Shown: positions 45,171 to 55,549, counted from the first letter of the stretch. The stretch is 64,000 bases of DNA from an uncultured Planctomycetaceae bacterium (GCA_964619675.1 CAZUEO010000003.1:56186-120185), one strand, 5' to 3'. A program made the numbers and translations. Notes: generated by a model not told the origin, from the letters alone.

Positions 45171-46043
45171 TCAGCCTTTGGCTTTGGCGTACCAGTCAGG
45201 GTCGCCGGCAAGTTTTTCCTTTGCCTCGGCTGTCATCATTGAAAAGGCCGGCTGCGTTGACTGCCAGGAACGCTTTTTGAAATCTCCATCCCTCATCTTT
45301 TCCACCTCGGCGGCAGCGTCCCTGAAATAGCTGCCGTAGATGTGCAGCGAATCTGTTATATCAACGTATCTGCCGACTTTGACGGGTCTGGCGATTTTTC
45401 TGGCTATTTTTTCCGCAACGATTCTCTGTAAATCAGTCAGGGCATATACGTTCATAAACCAGGCCTTGTAAAGGTCTCTGCTCCGCCAGTGAGTGTTCAT
45501 ATTCAGGCTGAAAGTCCCATCGGGATTTTCAATCAGTCTGCACCATATCCGCTGCAGACAGGGCGGGTCGTCGGTTTTTATATCGGCGGTGGGCATCCAG
45601 GTAATTGCCTGTGCCCGCCTTGTATATGCGGTAGCCGCCAAAGAGTCGATTATGTATTGAATCTGATTGACCTTTGCAAAAGGTCTGGGCGATTTGGAGT
45701 TTCTGATGTCTTCGATGGGGCAATATGCGAAAAGCCTTTCATGATATGTATAAGTCCATTTTCCTGCTGCGGGGTCAATCCAGTGGTCGTGAATGCCGTC
45801 AACCACTTCCTGCCGGTAGGCTTCAAGCTCTGCCGGTCCGCCCGGGAAATTTTTGTGTATTCGGGGCTCGGCAAAAGGGTCGGTTACCGTAATCATCACA
45901 GTGGCATCCCTGCTGGGCGGGTCGTCAGGTTTGTCATACTGGGTTTTTATTTCAAGGCCGTTGTCCCAAACGGCCAGAACCGCTGCTTCCCATGCTTCGG
46001 GCAGACAGCCGGCCTCGATGGAAATTACGGGTATATTGCTCAT
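45171..46043 (-). CDS. Thymidylate synthase (ThyA) family protein, divergent/archaeal-like
   Basis: DDPPCLQRIW holds the catalytic Cys context, HWRSRDLYKAWFMNVYAL corresponds to RS.D...G.PFN, and RRAQAITW corresponds to SRR...W. Confidence 0.7.
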   Translation of the reverse strand: MSNIPVISIEAGCLPEAWEAAVLAVWDNGLEIKTQYDKPDDPPSRDATVMITVTDPFAEPRIHKNFPGGPAELEAYRQEVVDGIHDHWIDPAAGKWTYTYHERLFAYCPIEDIRNSKSPRPFAKVNQIQYIIDSLAATAYTRRAQAITWMPTADIKTDDPPCLQRIWCRLIENPDGTFSLNMNTHWRSRDLYKAWFMNVYALTDLQRIVAEKIARKIARPVKVGRYVDITDSLHIYGSYFRDAAAEVEKMRDGDFKKRSWQSTQPAFSMMTAEAKEKLAGDPDWYAKAKG

Positions 46044-46060
46044 TTAACCTCCGTGTCTTT

Positions 46061-47674
46061 TTAAAGTCCCAGCTCCTCATCGGTAAGATTATATTGCTGA
46101 CGATGATCTTCGGGCACATTGCGCAAGAGCATCTGTGCTTCCCGTGCATATTTTGTGTTGGGATAATCCCTCATTACCTGTCTGCACCACTCGATAGGGT
46201 TACGATATGTGTGCGAGGGGAGTCTGTTGCCGATTTGAAGAAAAGTTCTGGCGTTTGAGAGGAGTTTTTCCGCCTGATAGTTGTCGGCGGCAGAAAAGAC
46301 ATCATCGTCCTGCTGCTGTGTTTCCGCTGGCGGTGGCGGAGGCAGCGCGGTATTTGCATCCATTTGAGGCGATATTTGATGCTGTTGAGTATTTAAAGCA
46401 GCCTTATTTGCATCGGCAGTCGATAAGGTCGGCGATGTATTTGGCTCTGCAGGTATATGCCTGGCGGGTTCGGCATTATCAGGCGGTTTGTTTGGTTCAT
46501 TGGGTTCTGCGAACTCCAGCGGATTTTGCAGAATGCTGTTAATAACCATCTGCGGCAGAAAGCCTTCAATACCACCGGCATATCTGGTAGTGCTGTCGGG
46601 TGCGATAATCAATAAAATCGGCTTGTCAAAACCGTCGCCAAGATACGAAAGCATTTTCTGCTGCTCCTGCGGGGAAAGAATAAATGTCTGCCAGGTCTGG
46701 GGATTCTTGTTGAGCCAGTTAGCAAGATTTTTCATTTTCGCGGGGTCGTTGAAGTCGTTGAGATTGATTCCTGTAAAGGCGATTTTTTTGTTTTCTGCGA
46801 ACTGGGTCTGCAGTTTTGAAAATTCTTCAAGCTCAGGTATCGGCTTGGCAACAGGCTCAGGAGGCAGATATTGGGGAATATTTAGCTCCTGCGGAGATTT
46901 GTTCGGCTCATTTGTTTCAGGCGGTATTACCACTTCTATCGGAGCAAAACTATCAAGCTCATTAGCGTCAATTTTCCACAGCAGTGTACAGATAAGCCGG
47001 CCTGCAGGCTGCCAGGCCGCCATGTTGGCTTCAACAGGCTCGGGATGAAAATCAAAAACTTTGCTGAGCAGCTCTATCCTGACGGCGTTTACGTCAAGCT
47101 GAATGTCATCTTTGCTGGCCTGATAATAAGACGAACTGTCAGGTTCGTCAGTTTGCGGGCCCCGCCGGTCATTAGAACTCTGCTGCGTTAATGCTTCGAT
47201 TACAGATGTGTAATCCTTGTAAATTATAGAAAGGGCAAGACGCGTTTTAATACTGCCTGGATTTTTGTGGGCAATCTTCTGGGCAGAGGCAGCCTGTTTG
47301 GCCGCCCTGTTCTGCTTGTCATCGAAATAGTAAACCCATGCCGACAAAATGTGATAAGTAGCCTTTTGTGAATCATTAAATACCGGCAGATACTTCCTGT
47401 TTCTTGCGATGGTTTTGAGAAATTCTCTAAGGTCCGGCTCCGAAGGCGCTTGAGCAGAGTTGACGTATGGCAGAATTTCCTGATATTTGGCCGAGACTTC
47501 GGTTGAGGCACTCGAGGCCTCCTGTTCAAGCATCTGTCTTCGCTCCTGAGGGGTTAATCGCTTTATGCTGCGGGTTTCTGCAGATCGGGCAGGCGGCGCA
47601 AAGGCTTTGGATGTTATCACGACAGAAAAAACAATTAAAAAACTAATAATTTTAAGATTGCTGAATTTTCTCAT
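46061..47674 (-). CDS. Secreted proline-rich hypothetical protein with TPR/YbgF-like ends
   Basis: It has a signal peptide, a low-complexity P/E-rich middle, and a C-terminal YPNTKYAREAQMLL motif. Confidence 0.45.
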   Translation of the reverse strand: MRKFSNLKIISFLIVFSVVITSKAFAPPARSAETRSIKRLTPQERRQMLEQEASSASTEVSAKYQEILPYVNSAQAPSEPDLREFLKTIARNRKYLPVFNDSQKATYHILSAWVYYFDDKQNRAAKQAASAQKIAHKNPGSIKTRLALSIIYKDYTSVIEALTQQSSNDRRGPQTDEPDSSSYYQASKDDIQLDVNAVRIELLSKVFDFHPEPVEANMAAWQPAGRLICTLLWKIDANELDSFAPIEVVIPPETNEPNKSPQELNIPQYLPPEPVAKPIPELEEFSKLQTQFAENKKIAFTGINLNDFNDPAKMKNLANWLNKNPQTWQTFILSPQEQQKMLSYLGDGFDKPILLIIAPDSTTRYAGGIEGFLPQMVINSILQNPLEFAEPNEPNKPPDNAEPARHIPAEPNTSPTLSTADANKAALNTQQHQISPQMDANTALPPPPPAETQQQDDDVFSAADNYQAEKLLSNARTFLQIGNRLPSHTYRNPIEWCRQVMRDYPNTKYAREAQMLLRNVPEDHRQQYNLTDEELGL

Positions 47675-47775
47675 AATTTGTCCGCTTTTCCCTTAAAATA
47701 GCCATATAATATAATACCATAATACCAGCTAAATGTTTTGATGAAAAGTCAAAAAATACAGCGGCAAAAAGGTAT

Positions 47776-47804
47776 TTGACAATCTGGCTTCCTAATCCAT
47801 AATA
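47776..47804 (+). promoter_or_regulatory. Sigma70-like promoter (TTGACA - 17 nt - ATAATA)
   Basis: The -35 is at 47776-81 and the -10 at 47799-804, 23 nt before the ribE ATG. Confidence 0.4.
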
Positions 47805-47826
47805 TCTGTAATTTATTGAGATTACG

Positions 47827-48459
47827 ATGTTTACAGGACTTATAGAGTCTGTTTGTAGGGTAAGTACTGCTGTCGGCAGAATAGGCGGTATGAGACTGGG
47901 CATAGACCTCGGCCAGGCTGTGAAGGGCGGTGACAGCATCGCTGTTAACGGCGTGTGTCTGACTGTCGCCGGCCTGAAAGGGACTGTCGCAGAATTTGAT
48001 GTAAGCGCCGAGACGCTGTCAAAGACAATGCTGGGCGGATTAAAAACCAGCTCACAGGTGAATATAGAAAGAGCCGTGCAGGCAGCAGACAGGTTCGGCG
48101 GACATTTTGTGCAGGGACATATTGACACGGTCGGTAAAATTAAAAAAATCGAAAAGAAAGGAGATTTCTGGATATATGCCTTTGAGGCCGGTAAAGAGAT
48201 TTCAGATTTTCTTGTTTCCCAAGGCTCAATAGCAGTTGACGGCGTAAGCCTTACAATCGCAGATATTAAAGACGATAATTTTACCGTGGCGGTAATACCG
48301 GCCACTTTCAATAATACTATTTTCAAAGATTATAAAATCGGCGATTCGGTCAATATCGAAACGGATGTTATCTGCCGAGTTGTAAAAAAACAGCTCGATA
48401 ATATTCTGGGACACAAACAAGGACTTACTGTTGAGAAGTTAAAAGATACTGGATTTTAA
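47827..48459 (+). CDS. ribE: Riboflavin synthase alpha chain
   Basis: MFTGLIESVCRV begins the protein, and the duplicated lumazine-binding barrel carries GDSIAVNGVCLT and QGSIAVDGVSLT. Confidence 0.9.
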   Translation: MFTGLIESVCRVSTAVGRIGGMRLGIDLGQAVKGGDSIAVNGVCLTVAGLKGTVAEFDVSAETLSKTMLGGLKTSSQVNIERAVQAADRFGGHFVQGHIDTVGKIKKIEKKGDFWIYAFEAGKEISDFLVSQGSIAVDGVSLTIADIKDDNFTVAVIPATFNNTIFKDYKIGDSVNIETDVICRVVKKQLDNILGHKQGLTVEKLKDTGF

Positions 48460-48469
48460 AATTTATTGA

Positions 48470-49564
48470 ATGAGCGAGAATAATAAAAATTTTGAATCGC
48501 CGGTTGTTATCGGCATAACGATGGGTGAGCCTGTAGGAATCGGGCCGGAGATTATCGTAAAAGCTCTGTATGACCCGTTTGTACGCAGGGGAGCAAAATT
48601 CATCATATTCGGAATGGATGAATTTCTCGAATATGCGGCAGATTTTGTGGAAATTGAGCCTTACTGGGGCAGGTGCCAGCATGAAAAAATATCCAGAAAT
48701 TTTCCCAGAAACGTTGTCGTTGCGGATTATGACGATTACTCAGTACCGAGCTGGATAAAAGGTTCAAGCAAGGCAGGCGGTGAAGCGTCGCTGCGATTCT
48801 GCACCGATGCAATTGAAGCGGCAAGAGCGGGCATAATTGATGCGGTGGTTACGGCGCCGATAAGCAAGGCAAGCTGGAAACAGGCAGGTGCCGAATGGCC
48901 GGGACATACGGAATTACTGGCAGCAATGTATAAGTCGCCTCGCAAAGCGATGATGTTTGTCGCAGGGCCGTTAAAAATCGCACTTGCAACCATTCACGAG
49001 GCACTTTTTGAACTTCGAAACAAATTCACAATCGGCTGCGTTTATGAGCCGATAGATTTGCTCAATACCGCACTGCAGGAATACTTCGGCATTAAAAATC
49101 CGCATATAGCAGTAGCGGCATTAAACCCTCACGCAGGCGAAGAGGGGCAGTTCGGCGATGAAGAACAAAGGATAATCAGTCCTGCAATTTTGATTGCTCA
49201 GGAGATGGGCGTAAACTGCTCAGGACCGTACCCGGCTGATACGCTATTTGTAAGGGCGGCGGCAGGCGAGTTTGACGGCGTTGTCGCAATGTACCACGAC
49301 CAGGGAATGATACCGGTTAAACTATTAGCGTTTAAAGATGCGGTAAACGTTACTATTGGAATACCGATAATTCGGACTTCACCTGCGCACGGCACGGCAT
49401 TCGATATTGTGGGCAAAGGCGTTGCGGATGAATCAAGTATGAAGGCGGCAATTAAGCTTGCGATAGAAATGGCAAAAACGAGAAAACAGAAGTCAGAAGT
49501 CAAAATACCCGCCCTTGGGCGAGGTCTCGCCGAAGGCGGACAGGATGCAGAAGCGAGGAAATGA
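48470..49564 (+). CDS. pdxA: 4-hydroxythreonine-4-phosphate dehydrogenase
   Basis: GEPVGIGPEI, GHTELLA, NPHAGEEG, YHDQGMIP and IRTSPAHGTAFDI are present. Confidence 0.9.
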   Translation: MSENNKNFESPVVIGITMGEPVGIGPEIIVKALYDPFVRRGAKFIIFGMDEFLEYAADFVEIEPYWGRCQHEKISRNFPRNVVVADYDDYSVPSWIKGSSKAGGEASLRFCTDAIEAARAGIIDAVVTAPISKASWKQAGAEWPGHTELLAAMYKSPRKAMMFVAGPLKIALATIHEALFELRNKFTIGCVYEPIDLLNTALQEYFGIKNPHIAVAALNPHAGEEGQFGDEEQRIISPAILIAQEMGVNCSGPYPADTLFVRAAAGEFDGVVAMYHDQGMIPVKLLAFKDAVNVTIGIPIIRTSPAHGTAFDIVGKGVADESSMKAAIKLAIEMAKTRKQKSEVKIPALGRGLAEGGQDAEARK

Positions 49565-49597
49565 GGAAACAAGGTTATCGGGAAAGATTTTTTATTT

Positions 49598-50482
49598 ATG
49601 CAGACGAAGACTGATATACAAAGGTTGCTGGCTGGGGCTGGGGTTGAGCCGAACAAACGGCTCGGGCAGCATTTTCTCATCGATTTGAACCTTATGGAGC
49701 TTTTGCTTTCAAACGCAAATATTACTGAAAATGACATCGTTCTCGAAGTAGGCAGCGGCACAGGTTCGCTTACAAGCGAGCTCGCCAGGCGGGCAGGGAA
49801 GGTTATCGCAGTCGAATGTGATGACACCCTTGCCGAGATAACAACACAGCAGCTTGCAAGGGTAAAAAATATTGAGGTTATAAATGCTGATGTTCTTGAA
49901 AGTAAAAATACCATTAACCGCAGGGTGATTGAAGAACTTCAGGCAGCACAGCAGGAGTTATTCGGAAGAGTCCTGCTCGTCTCAAACCTGCCTTACAGCG
50001 CGGCTTCAAACGTGATGCTTAATTTACTGTCCGGCACAATTGTTGCCGATGAAATGATTGTAACCGTGCAGAAGGAAGTTGCCCTGCGAATGGCCGCCGA
50101 GCCGGGCAGCGAAGATTACGGGGTATTAAGCATATTTCTGGCAGCGATGGGGCAGTGCAGAATTCTGAGGAAACTATCGCCTAAGATATTCTGGCCGCCG
50201 CCGCAGGTGGATTCGGCGATGGTTCGATTCGACAGAGACCCTGCCAAAGTAGTTGAAATTCATAATATCGAACTGTTCCATCAGGTAGTGAACCTGTTTA
50301 TGGGGCATCGACGAAAGATGATGAAGGCCTGCGTAAAGTTCGCTGAAGGCAAACTTGCAAATATTCATAACTGGCAGGACGTTTTTGCGAGAGCGTTTAT
50401 CGAGCCGCATCACAGGCCGGAGGAATTAAGCGCGGTCGACTATGTTGCAATGGCAAATCTCTGTAACGAAACGCTCGGTTAA
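49598..50482 (+). CDS. rsmA: 16S rRNA (adenine1518/1519-N6)-dimethyltransferase
   Basis: KRLGQHFLID, EVGSGTGSLT and SNLPYS are present, with the classic pdxA-ksgA linkage. Confidence 0.9.
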   Translation: MQTKTDIQRLLAGAGVEPNKRLGQHFLIDLNLMELLLSNANITENDIVLEVGSGTGSLTSELARRAGKVIAVECDDTLAEITTQQLARVKNIEVINADVLESKNTINRRVIEELQAAQQELFGRVLLVSNLPYSAASNVMLNLLSGTIVADEMIVTVQKEVALRMAAEPGSEDYGVLSIFLAAMGQCRILRKLSPKIFWPPPQVDSAMVRFDRDPAKVVEIHNIELFHQVVNLFMGHRRKMMKACVKFAEGKLANIHNWQDVFARAFIEPHHRPEELSAVDYVAMANLCNETLG

Positions 50483-51330
50483 ATTTCCACTGAAGCGTGC
50501 CGGTGAGCGTGACATTCGATATTAACGGCGACAGGCAGTGAGGCAATGTGGCAGGGGGCAGTTTCGATCTGAACGGCAAACGCCGTTGTGTCGCCGCCAA
50601 GACCGGCCGGGCCTATGCCGAGTGAATTTATTTTCTGCAAAAGCTGTTTTTCCATATCGGCGTAAAAAGAATTAGTGTTGCGGGAATCAACTTTTCGCAA
50701 AAGTGCTTTTTTACTCAAAAGACAGCACTGTTCAAAATCACCGCCAATACCGACGCCGACGACAAAAGGCGGACAGGCATCGGCACCGGCATGAGCGGCA
50801 ACTTCTGCAATCCATTCGATAATTTTTTCCTTATCATCGGTCGGCAGAAACATTTTGAACTGACTTTTGTTTTCACAGCCGCCGCCTTTGGTCATCAGCG
50901 TTATCCTGATTTTATTGCCTGCGATAACTTCTGTATGAATTACCGCAGGGGTGTTTGTGCCGGTATTTCTTCTCTTGTTCAAAGGGTCGGCGACGACGCT
51001 TTTTCGCAGATAGCCGCTTTCGTAACCTCTTGCTATACCTACCGTTACGGCGCCAGCGGCCGTAGCGCCGGCAGGCTCGATAACAACCTGTGAGCCGATT
51101 TGAAGAAATACAACTGCAAGGCCTGTGTCCTGACAGATTGGAATTTGCCGGTCTTTTGCTATTTTTGCATTTTCAATAAGCTGATTTAATATTTTTCTTG
51201 CCGGGACGCTCGATTCTTTTTTTGCGAAGGTTTCCAGTGCGGACAGAACATCCTCAGGCAGTTCATAGCAGCTTTTTATGCAGAGTTTTTCAACTTCCGA
51301 AGCGATTTTTTCAAAGGATATTGTTCTCAT
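50479..51330 (-). CDS. Fe-S hydro-lyase, tartrate/fumarate family, alpha subunit
   Basis: CQDTGLAVVF, KGGGCENKS and PPFVVGVGIGG are present. No beta subunit lies adjacent. Confidence 0.85.
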   Translation of the reverse strand: MRTISFEKIASEVEKLCIKSCYELPEDVLSALETFAKKESSVPARKILNQLIENAKIAKDRQIPICQDTGLAVVFLQIGSQVVIEPAGATAAGAVTVGIARGYESGYLRKSVVADPLNKRRNTGTNTPAVIHTEVIAGNKIRITLMTKGGGCENKSQFKMFLPTDDKEKIIEWIAEVAAHAGADACPPFVVGVGIGGDFEQCCLLSKKALLRKVDSRNTNSFYADMEKQLLQKINSLGIGPAGLGGDTTAFAVQIETAPCHIASLPVAVNIECHAHRHASVEI

Positions 51331-53576
51331 TTAATTTCAATGTCGAAGGTTTTGTACATCGTATTGCTTTCGATATCTGATATTTTTAACGCAAAGACGT
51401 GCTGGCCGGGCCTTAAATCGGTTATTGTGATTGTAAAGTCTTCCTGGGTTGTATCGAATATGCCGTCTTTGGGCAGCGCTGAAATCCATTTTTCATTGCT
51501 GTCGATTGTATAGCTTAGACTTTCAATAACACTGCAGGCGTCTTTTAGTTTCAAATTCAGTACGGCCTTTGTGTCCGAGACCTTAAGCTTGTGTGTTTCG
51601 ATGACAGGTGCAGTATTGTCGATTGTTACAGGGTCGCTTATTCTTGAGCCTGTAAGTTTCGTGCTTTGGTCATTGCTCAATTCGTCCGAGGCGGTGATTC
51701 TGATTTCATAGATGCCGTCCTCGACGGTTCTGCTGTCCCAGTCAAAGGCAGGCTTATCAAGCTCGTTTTTAAGCTCAATCCAGCTGCTGCGGCCTGTTTT
51801 TCTGAAGTCAATTTTATATATGAGCTGGTCACTGTTTTCATCTTCTGTCTGAAAAACGATTTTAAAAATGCCGGGATTTGCTTTTTTGTCTATTTTAGCG
51901 ACAATAACCTCTTTTACTTTAGGAGCGAGATTGGGTATCGCAAAAGCTGCGGCAACTTCACGTATAACCGGCGCAGAGTCTGCATCGCCTTCAAGAATCA
52001 GTTTATACTGACAGAATCTGTTTAATGGTATGGTAAGGTCAACCGGCGTTGTTATTTTTACAGGCTCCGTCCAGTCAGAAAAGGTCGGGTCATTGACATC
52101 TTCCACATTTCCGCTTCTGGCACAGAGCAGCACTTTAGTGCTGTCCGGTATATCTGCGTCGAGCTGCAGCTTGCCCCACTTTGCAGGCTGACCGGCGTCA
52201 ATAAGAGAGGATTCGAAATTGCCCTTGACGGCGTATTTTGACTTGAGCAATATAAGCTTTGGCGGATTTGCAGTGCAGAAATACGTATCACCGTCTGAAC
52301 TGATTATATCGGTTATCTGTGAGGCGAGTTCGTCTTCGTAAATAAGAGTTTCAATTTCTGTCTGCGGGTTAATGTTGTACATTTGGGCCTTGTTGCCGGT
52401 GCCGACAAGAAGATTATTGTTCTGTAAATGGAGTGTAAAAAAGACAGCGGTCTCGCTGAAGATATCAGTTACAAAACCGTTCGGGTCGATTTTGTAAATA
52501 TGACTTGCGGAAGATTCACGGCCTCTTTTGAGGCTTTCAGGCGGCTTTGGCGATTCGGCAGGCTGATTATCTGAGCCGGTATTTGCAATTTTAAGCGATG
52601 TGCCGGCAGCGGAGAATTCTTCGGATGATTCCTCCTCGGCATCTTTGTCCTCCGGTCTGCCGGGAGCAAAGGGTTTTGGTTCTGATTCTTCCTTAAACTG
52701 AGATTTGATTGATTTGTATGAAGTAGCCGCTGCATACAGATTGTCTTTATTGTCAAGCAGCAGGTCGGTTATTTCATTTTCGCTGCTGTCATAAAGAACC
52801 GAAGCGTTTTTCTTTTCAGGGCTGATTTTATAGACGATACCCCTTGTGTCAGTTCCGGCATATAAAAAGCCATCTCTGCCGGCGGCAAGGCTCAGGACAT
52901 TCTTGTCCTTACAGGTGTAAATAAGCTGAGGATTTCGTCCCTTACTGTCGAGACGCCAGATTTTGCCGTTCGGACCTGTGCCAAGGAAGATATTGCCGTT
53001 TTTGTCGAGCTCAATGGCAAATATATATAATGCCTCGTTTGGCTCAGGTTTAAAGACAGTTTCAGAGTTTTTGCCGTCAAATCGCATAAGACAGCATTTG
53101 TCGCCGCTTATCCCTGCCAGGACTTTGCCCCGGGAGTCGAGCGCGAGCTTGAAAACGTGCAGGTTCAGCAGATGTTTTTTGGCGGTGCCGCTTTTTGGTT
53201 CATTCGGTTCGTTGGGTTCGTCAGATTCATTTGGCTCTTCTGTTTGCCAGTAAATGCAGGTGGTTTTGCCGTCTTTGTATCTGTAAATTTGGCCGTTGGG
53301 ACTTGTACCGATGTATATTGAACTGTCTTTAGTGTGTAAGATTGAATTTATTATCCAGACTTCGCTAGGGGATGCCTTACGGCAATTGTTGAAATCCTCG
53401 ACCAGCACCTGCGTTGCTGCCGCAAGCGTGATATTGCCGCGGGAGTTTATAACCGTATCGTGAGTTTTGCCTTTGGAGAAGTCCTCCATTGACTTATGTC
53501 TGATGATTTTGCTCGTAATAGCTAAACAATCGCCGGCAAAGGCGGCAACTACCAGGATAGCAAAGATTTTTTTCAT
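51327..53576 (-). CDS. Secreted beta-propeller-like protein with C-terminal Ig-like domains
   Basis: It has a signal peptide, recurring GT.PNG.I(Y/W)R blades, and C-terminal beta-sandwich-like repeats. Confidence 0.45.
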   Translation of the reverse strand: MKKIFAILVVAAFAGDCLAITSKIIRHKSMEDFSKGKTHDTVINSRGNITLAAATQVLVEDFNNCRKASPSEVWIINSILHTKDSSIYIGTSPNGQIYRYKDGKTTCIYWQTEEPNESDEPNEPNEPKSGTAKKHLLNLHVFKLALDSRGKVLAGISGDKCCLMRFDGKNSETVFKPEPNEALYIFAIELDKNGNIFLGTGPNGKIWRLDSKGRNPQLIYTCKDKNVLSLAAGRDGFLYAGTDTRGIVYKISPEKKNASVLYDSSENEITDLLLDNKDNLYAAATSYKSIKSQFKEESEPKPFAPGRPEDKDAEEESSEEFSAAGTSLKIANTGSDNQPAESPKPPESLKRGRESSASHIYKIDPNGFVTDIFSETAVFFTLHLQNNNLLVGTGNKAQMYNINPQTEIETLIYEDELASQITDIISSDGDTYFCTANPPKLILLKSKYAVKGNFESSLIDAGQPAKWGKLQLDADIPDSTKVLLCARSGNVEDVNDPTFSDWTEPVKITTPVDLTIPLNRFCQYKLILEGDADSAPVIREVAAAFAIPNLAPKVKEVIVAKIDKKANPGIFKIVFQTEDENSDQLIYKIDFRKTGRSSWIELKNELDKPAFDWDSRTVEDGIYEIRITASDELSNDQSTKLTGSRISDPVTIDNTAPVIETHKLKVSDTKAVLNLKLKDACSVIESLSYTIDSNEKWISALPKDGIFDTTQEDFTITITDLRPGQHVFALKISDIESNTMYKTFDIEIK

Positions 53577-53591
53577 AATCGACCTCGTTTT

Positions 53592-55400
53592 TTAATTTTC
53601 CTGTATGGTTATATCAATCGATTTGCTGTCGAGCACAATGGTGTCAACAGGTATTATTTCTTCGAGCCATTGCGCTGCGGGTTTTGCAAGCATTGTGCGT
53701 TTTTCATCGTTGAGAAGCAGAGTTTTGCTAAGCGGCAGCTCGGGCAGCTGGGCTGTTTCAATCGCGATACCGCCTGCGGGCAGGGTCAGGAGCAGATGCA
53801 GACGGTTTCTTTTTGTGTTGGCGATATCGTTTATGATGCTAATCAGGCTCGGTAGATTTTCAGGTGTATATTTATACGGCGCTGCTTTCGTTACAAGGTC
53901 CATATAATCTTCTGTGCCGCCAAGCAGGAGTTTATATTGGCCCGGCGGGACATTGGTTGGTATGGTCAGAGAGGTTGTATAATTTCTGTGGCCGGCAAGG
54001 TATGATTCGAGCGTTACCTGAGCCGTTATTGTCTGGCCGGGCTTTACCGTAGTATTTGATACGCTAAAACTCCATATGTGTGAAACCGCGGCCCGGGGCA
54101 GTATTTTGACCTCAAAATCGAGAGATGAAATCGGCGGTCTGTCGTAAGGGTTGTTCATAATGAGACTTAAAGCCCCGATACTGTCGGCCAGGCAATCTTC
54201 AAGGTCGGCAAGGCTTGAGAAATTTTCCAGACAGACGGGCTGGCAGCCTTTGATACCGATGCGGGTTTTATATTGCACCGAATGGTCGGCTGGCAGCGGT
54301 CCGAGCATTGTCGCTGTCCCGCTCAGGCAGATTTTAGCCAAAAGCGGGGTGAAATATCGATGCGATACAATCTGACAATTGTATGTGCGTATTTTTTCGT
54401 CTGCCGTAAGGCATCCCTTAGTGGAGTTGAATCTTTCCACTGTCAGGCGCATAGGAATTGTTGCCGCTTTTTTGCCTAAGCGTCCGACAATGGCGGTTGA
54501 CTGGTCGGCATATAAGGCACCTTTGATGTCAATAGACTGGCCGAATTTGAACGACCTGGTGAGACGGGCAACAACAGTATGAACGTATCCGGTTGCCATC
54601 GGGACATCAATCGGACCTTCGCCAAGAAAGTCGTGACCAAAGGCATAAACCCTGTCGTCAACTATCTCGGTGATTGTTCCTATGGCCGATAGTTCAATAT
54701 CGCCGTAAACAAGCGGCAAAGTGAGTATGCCGCCGGGTTTCATTGAGACGTCGGTATATTCAGAAAGTTTTCCTGAAATGCCTGCCGATACCGGTAAAAG
54801 ACCAATAGATTCGAATGTATTGGTAAAATCTGCAAGACAGGATGCCGGCAGAGTTGTGGCTATCGGGCAGGGGAGCATAGTTATTCCGCCGGCCTGCGAT
54901 TTATGATTTTTGAGGTTGATTGTCTGATTATAGGCTGCTTTAAGGTCAACCGGCTTTGAAAAATCCAGTGCAGGTGTGAAGGATGCAGATTTTTCAGAAG
55001 TGTAGCTGCCGACAGTGAGCATTTCCTCTATGGGAGTAACGCCATAAAGAGGGTCTTTGCTGAACGGCCAGGCAAAGGCAAGTGCTCCTGCAAGTCTGCC
55101 GTTTATATATACGGGTGAGCCGCTGCATCCTGCAACGGGGCCTGTGTGGATGAATTTTTCATCGGTTCCCATTACAAGGATTGCATTTCTGTTTGGGGTT
55201 ATATTCCTGACAACATCCACGACTTTAAGATTGAATTTTTCAGGCTCGGTGCCTTTATAAACCGTAAGACAGACGGCATCTGTTCCGGGTTTAATTTCGT
55301 CAATAGTTATGTATCTTGTTTTATCTATTTGGCCGCAGCAGGAGGCGACAAGCAGGAGGCAAGGCACTATTTTTACAACACTTACGAGTCTCTGAAACAT
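53592..55400 (-). CDS. SpoIVB/S55-like serine peptidase domain protein
   Basis: GPVAGCSGSPVYINGRLAGALAFAW (GxSGSP) follows a signal/lipobox-like N-terminus. ATG 55400 with AAAGGA upstream is preferred over 55481. Confidence 0.5.
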   Translation of the reverse strand: MFQRLVSVVKIVPCLLLVASCCGQIDKTRYITIDEIKPGTDAVCLTVYKGTEPEKFNLKVVDVVRNITPNRNAILVMGTDEKFIHTGPVAGCSGSPVYINGRLAGALAFAWPFSKDPLYGVTPIEEMLTVGSYTSEKSASFTPALDFSKPVDLKAAYNQTINLKNHKSQAGGITMLPCPIATTLPASCLADFTNTFESIGLLPVSAGISGKLSEYTDVSMKPGGILTLPLVYGDIELSAIGTITEIVDDRVYAFGHDFLGEGPIDVPMATGYVHTVVARLTRSFKFGQSIDIKGALYADQSTAIVGRLGKKAATIPMRLTVERFNSTKGCLTADEKIRTYNCQIVSHRYFTPLLAKICLSGTATMLGPLPADHSVQYKTRIGIKGCQPVCLENFSSLADLEDCLADSIGALSLIMNNPYDRPPISSLDFEVKILPRAAVSHIWSFSVSNTTVKPGQTITAQVTLESYLAGHRNYTTSLTIPTNVPPGQYKLLLGGTEDYMDLVTKAAPYKYTPENLPSLISIINDIANTKRNRLHLLLTLPAGGIAIETAQLPELPLSKTLLLNDEKRTMLAKPAAQWLEEIIPVDTIVLDSKSIDITIQEN

Positions 55401-55549
55401 TGCTTTTTTCCTTTCGCAGAGTAAGGATTTTAGTAGTCTAAAACAGATATTGCAAGCCAAAATGTAAACGATTATAATCAAGTTGCTAATCCGCTAAGGG
55501 ATGCCTTACGGCAGACATAGCGGCACGAAGAATTAAGGAAAGGTAAACA

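Noticed and set aside
47675-47826. FMN (RFN) riboswitch upstream of ribE
   Set aside because: The spacer is only about 150 nt, is AT-rich, and lacks the conserved GGGGCAGGGTGAAATTCCC-type core. Only a promoter-like element is present.
47652-48326. 224-aa minus-strand ORF
   Set aside because: It is antisense to ribE and has low-complexity composition typical of a shadow frame.
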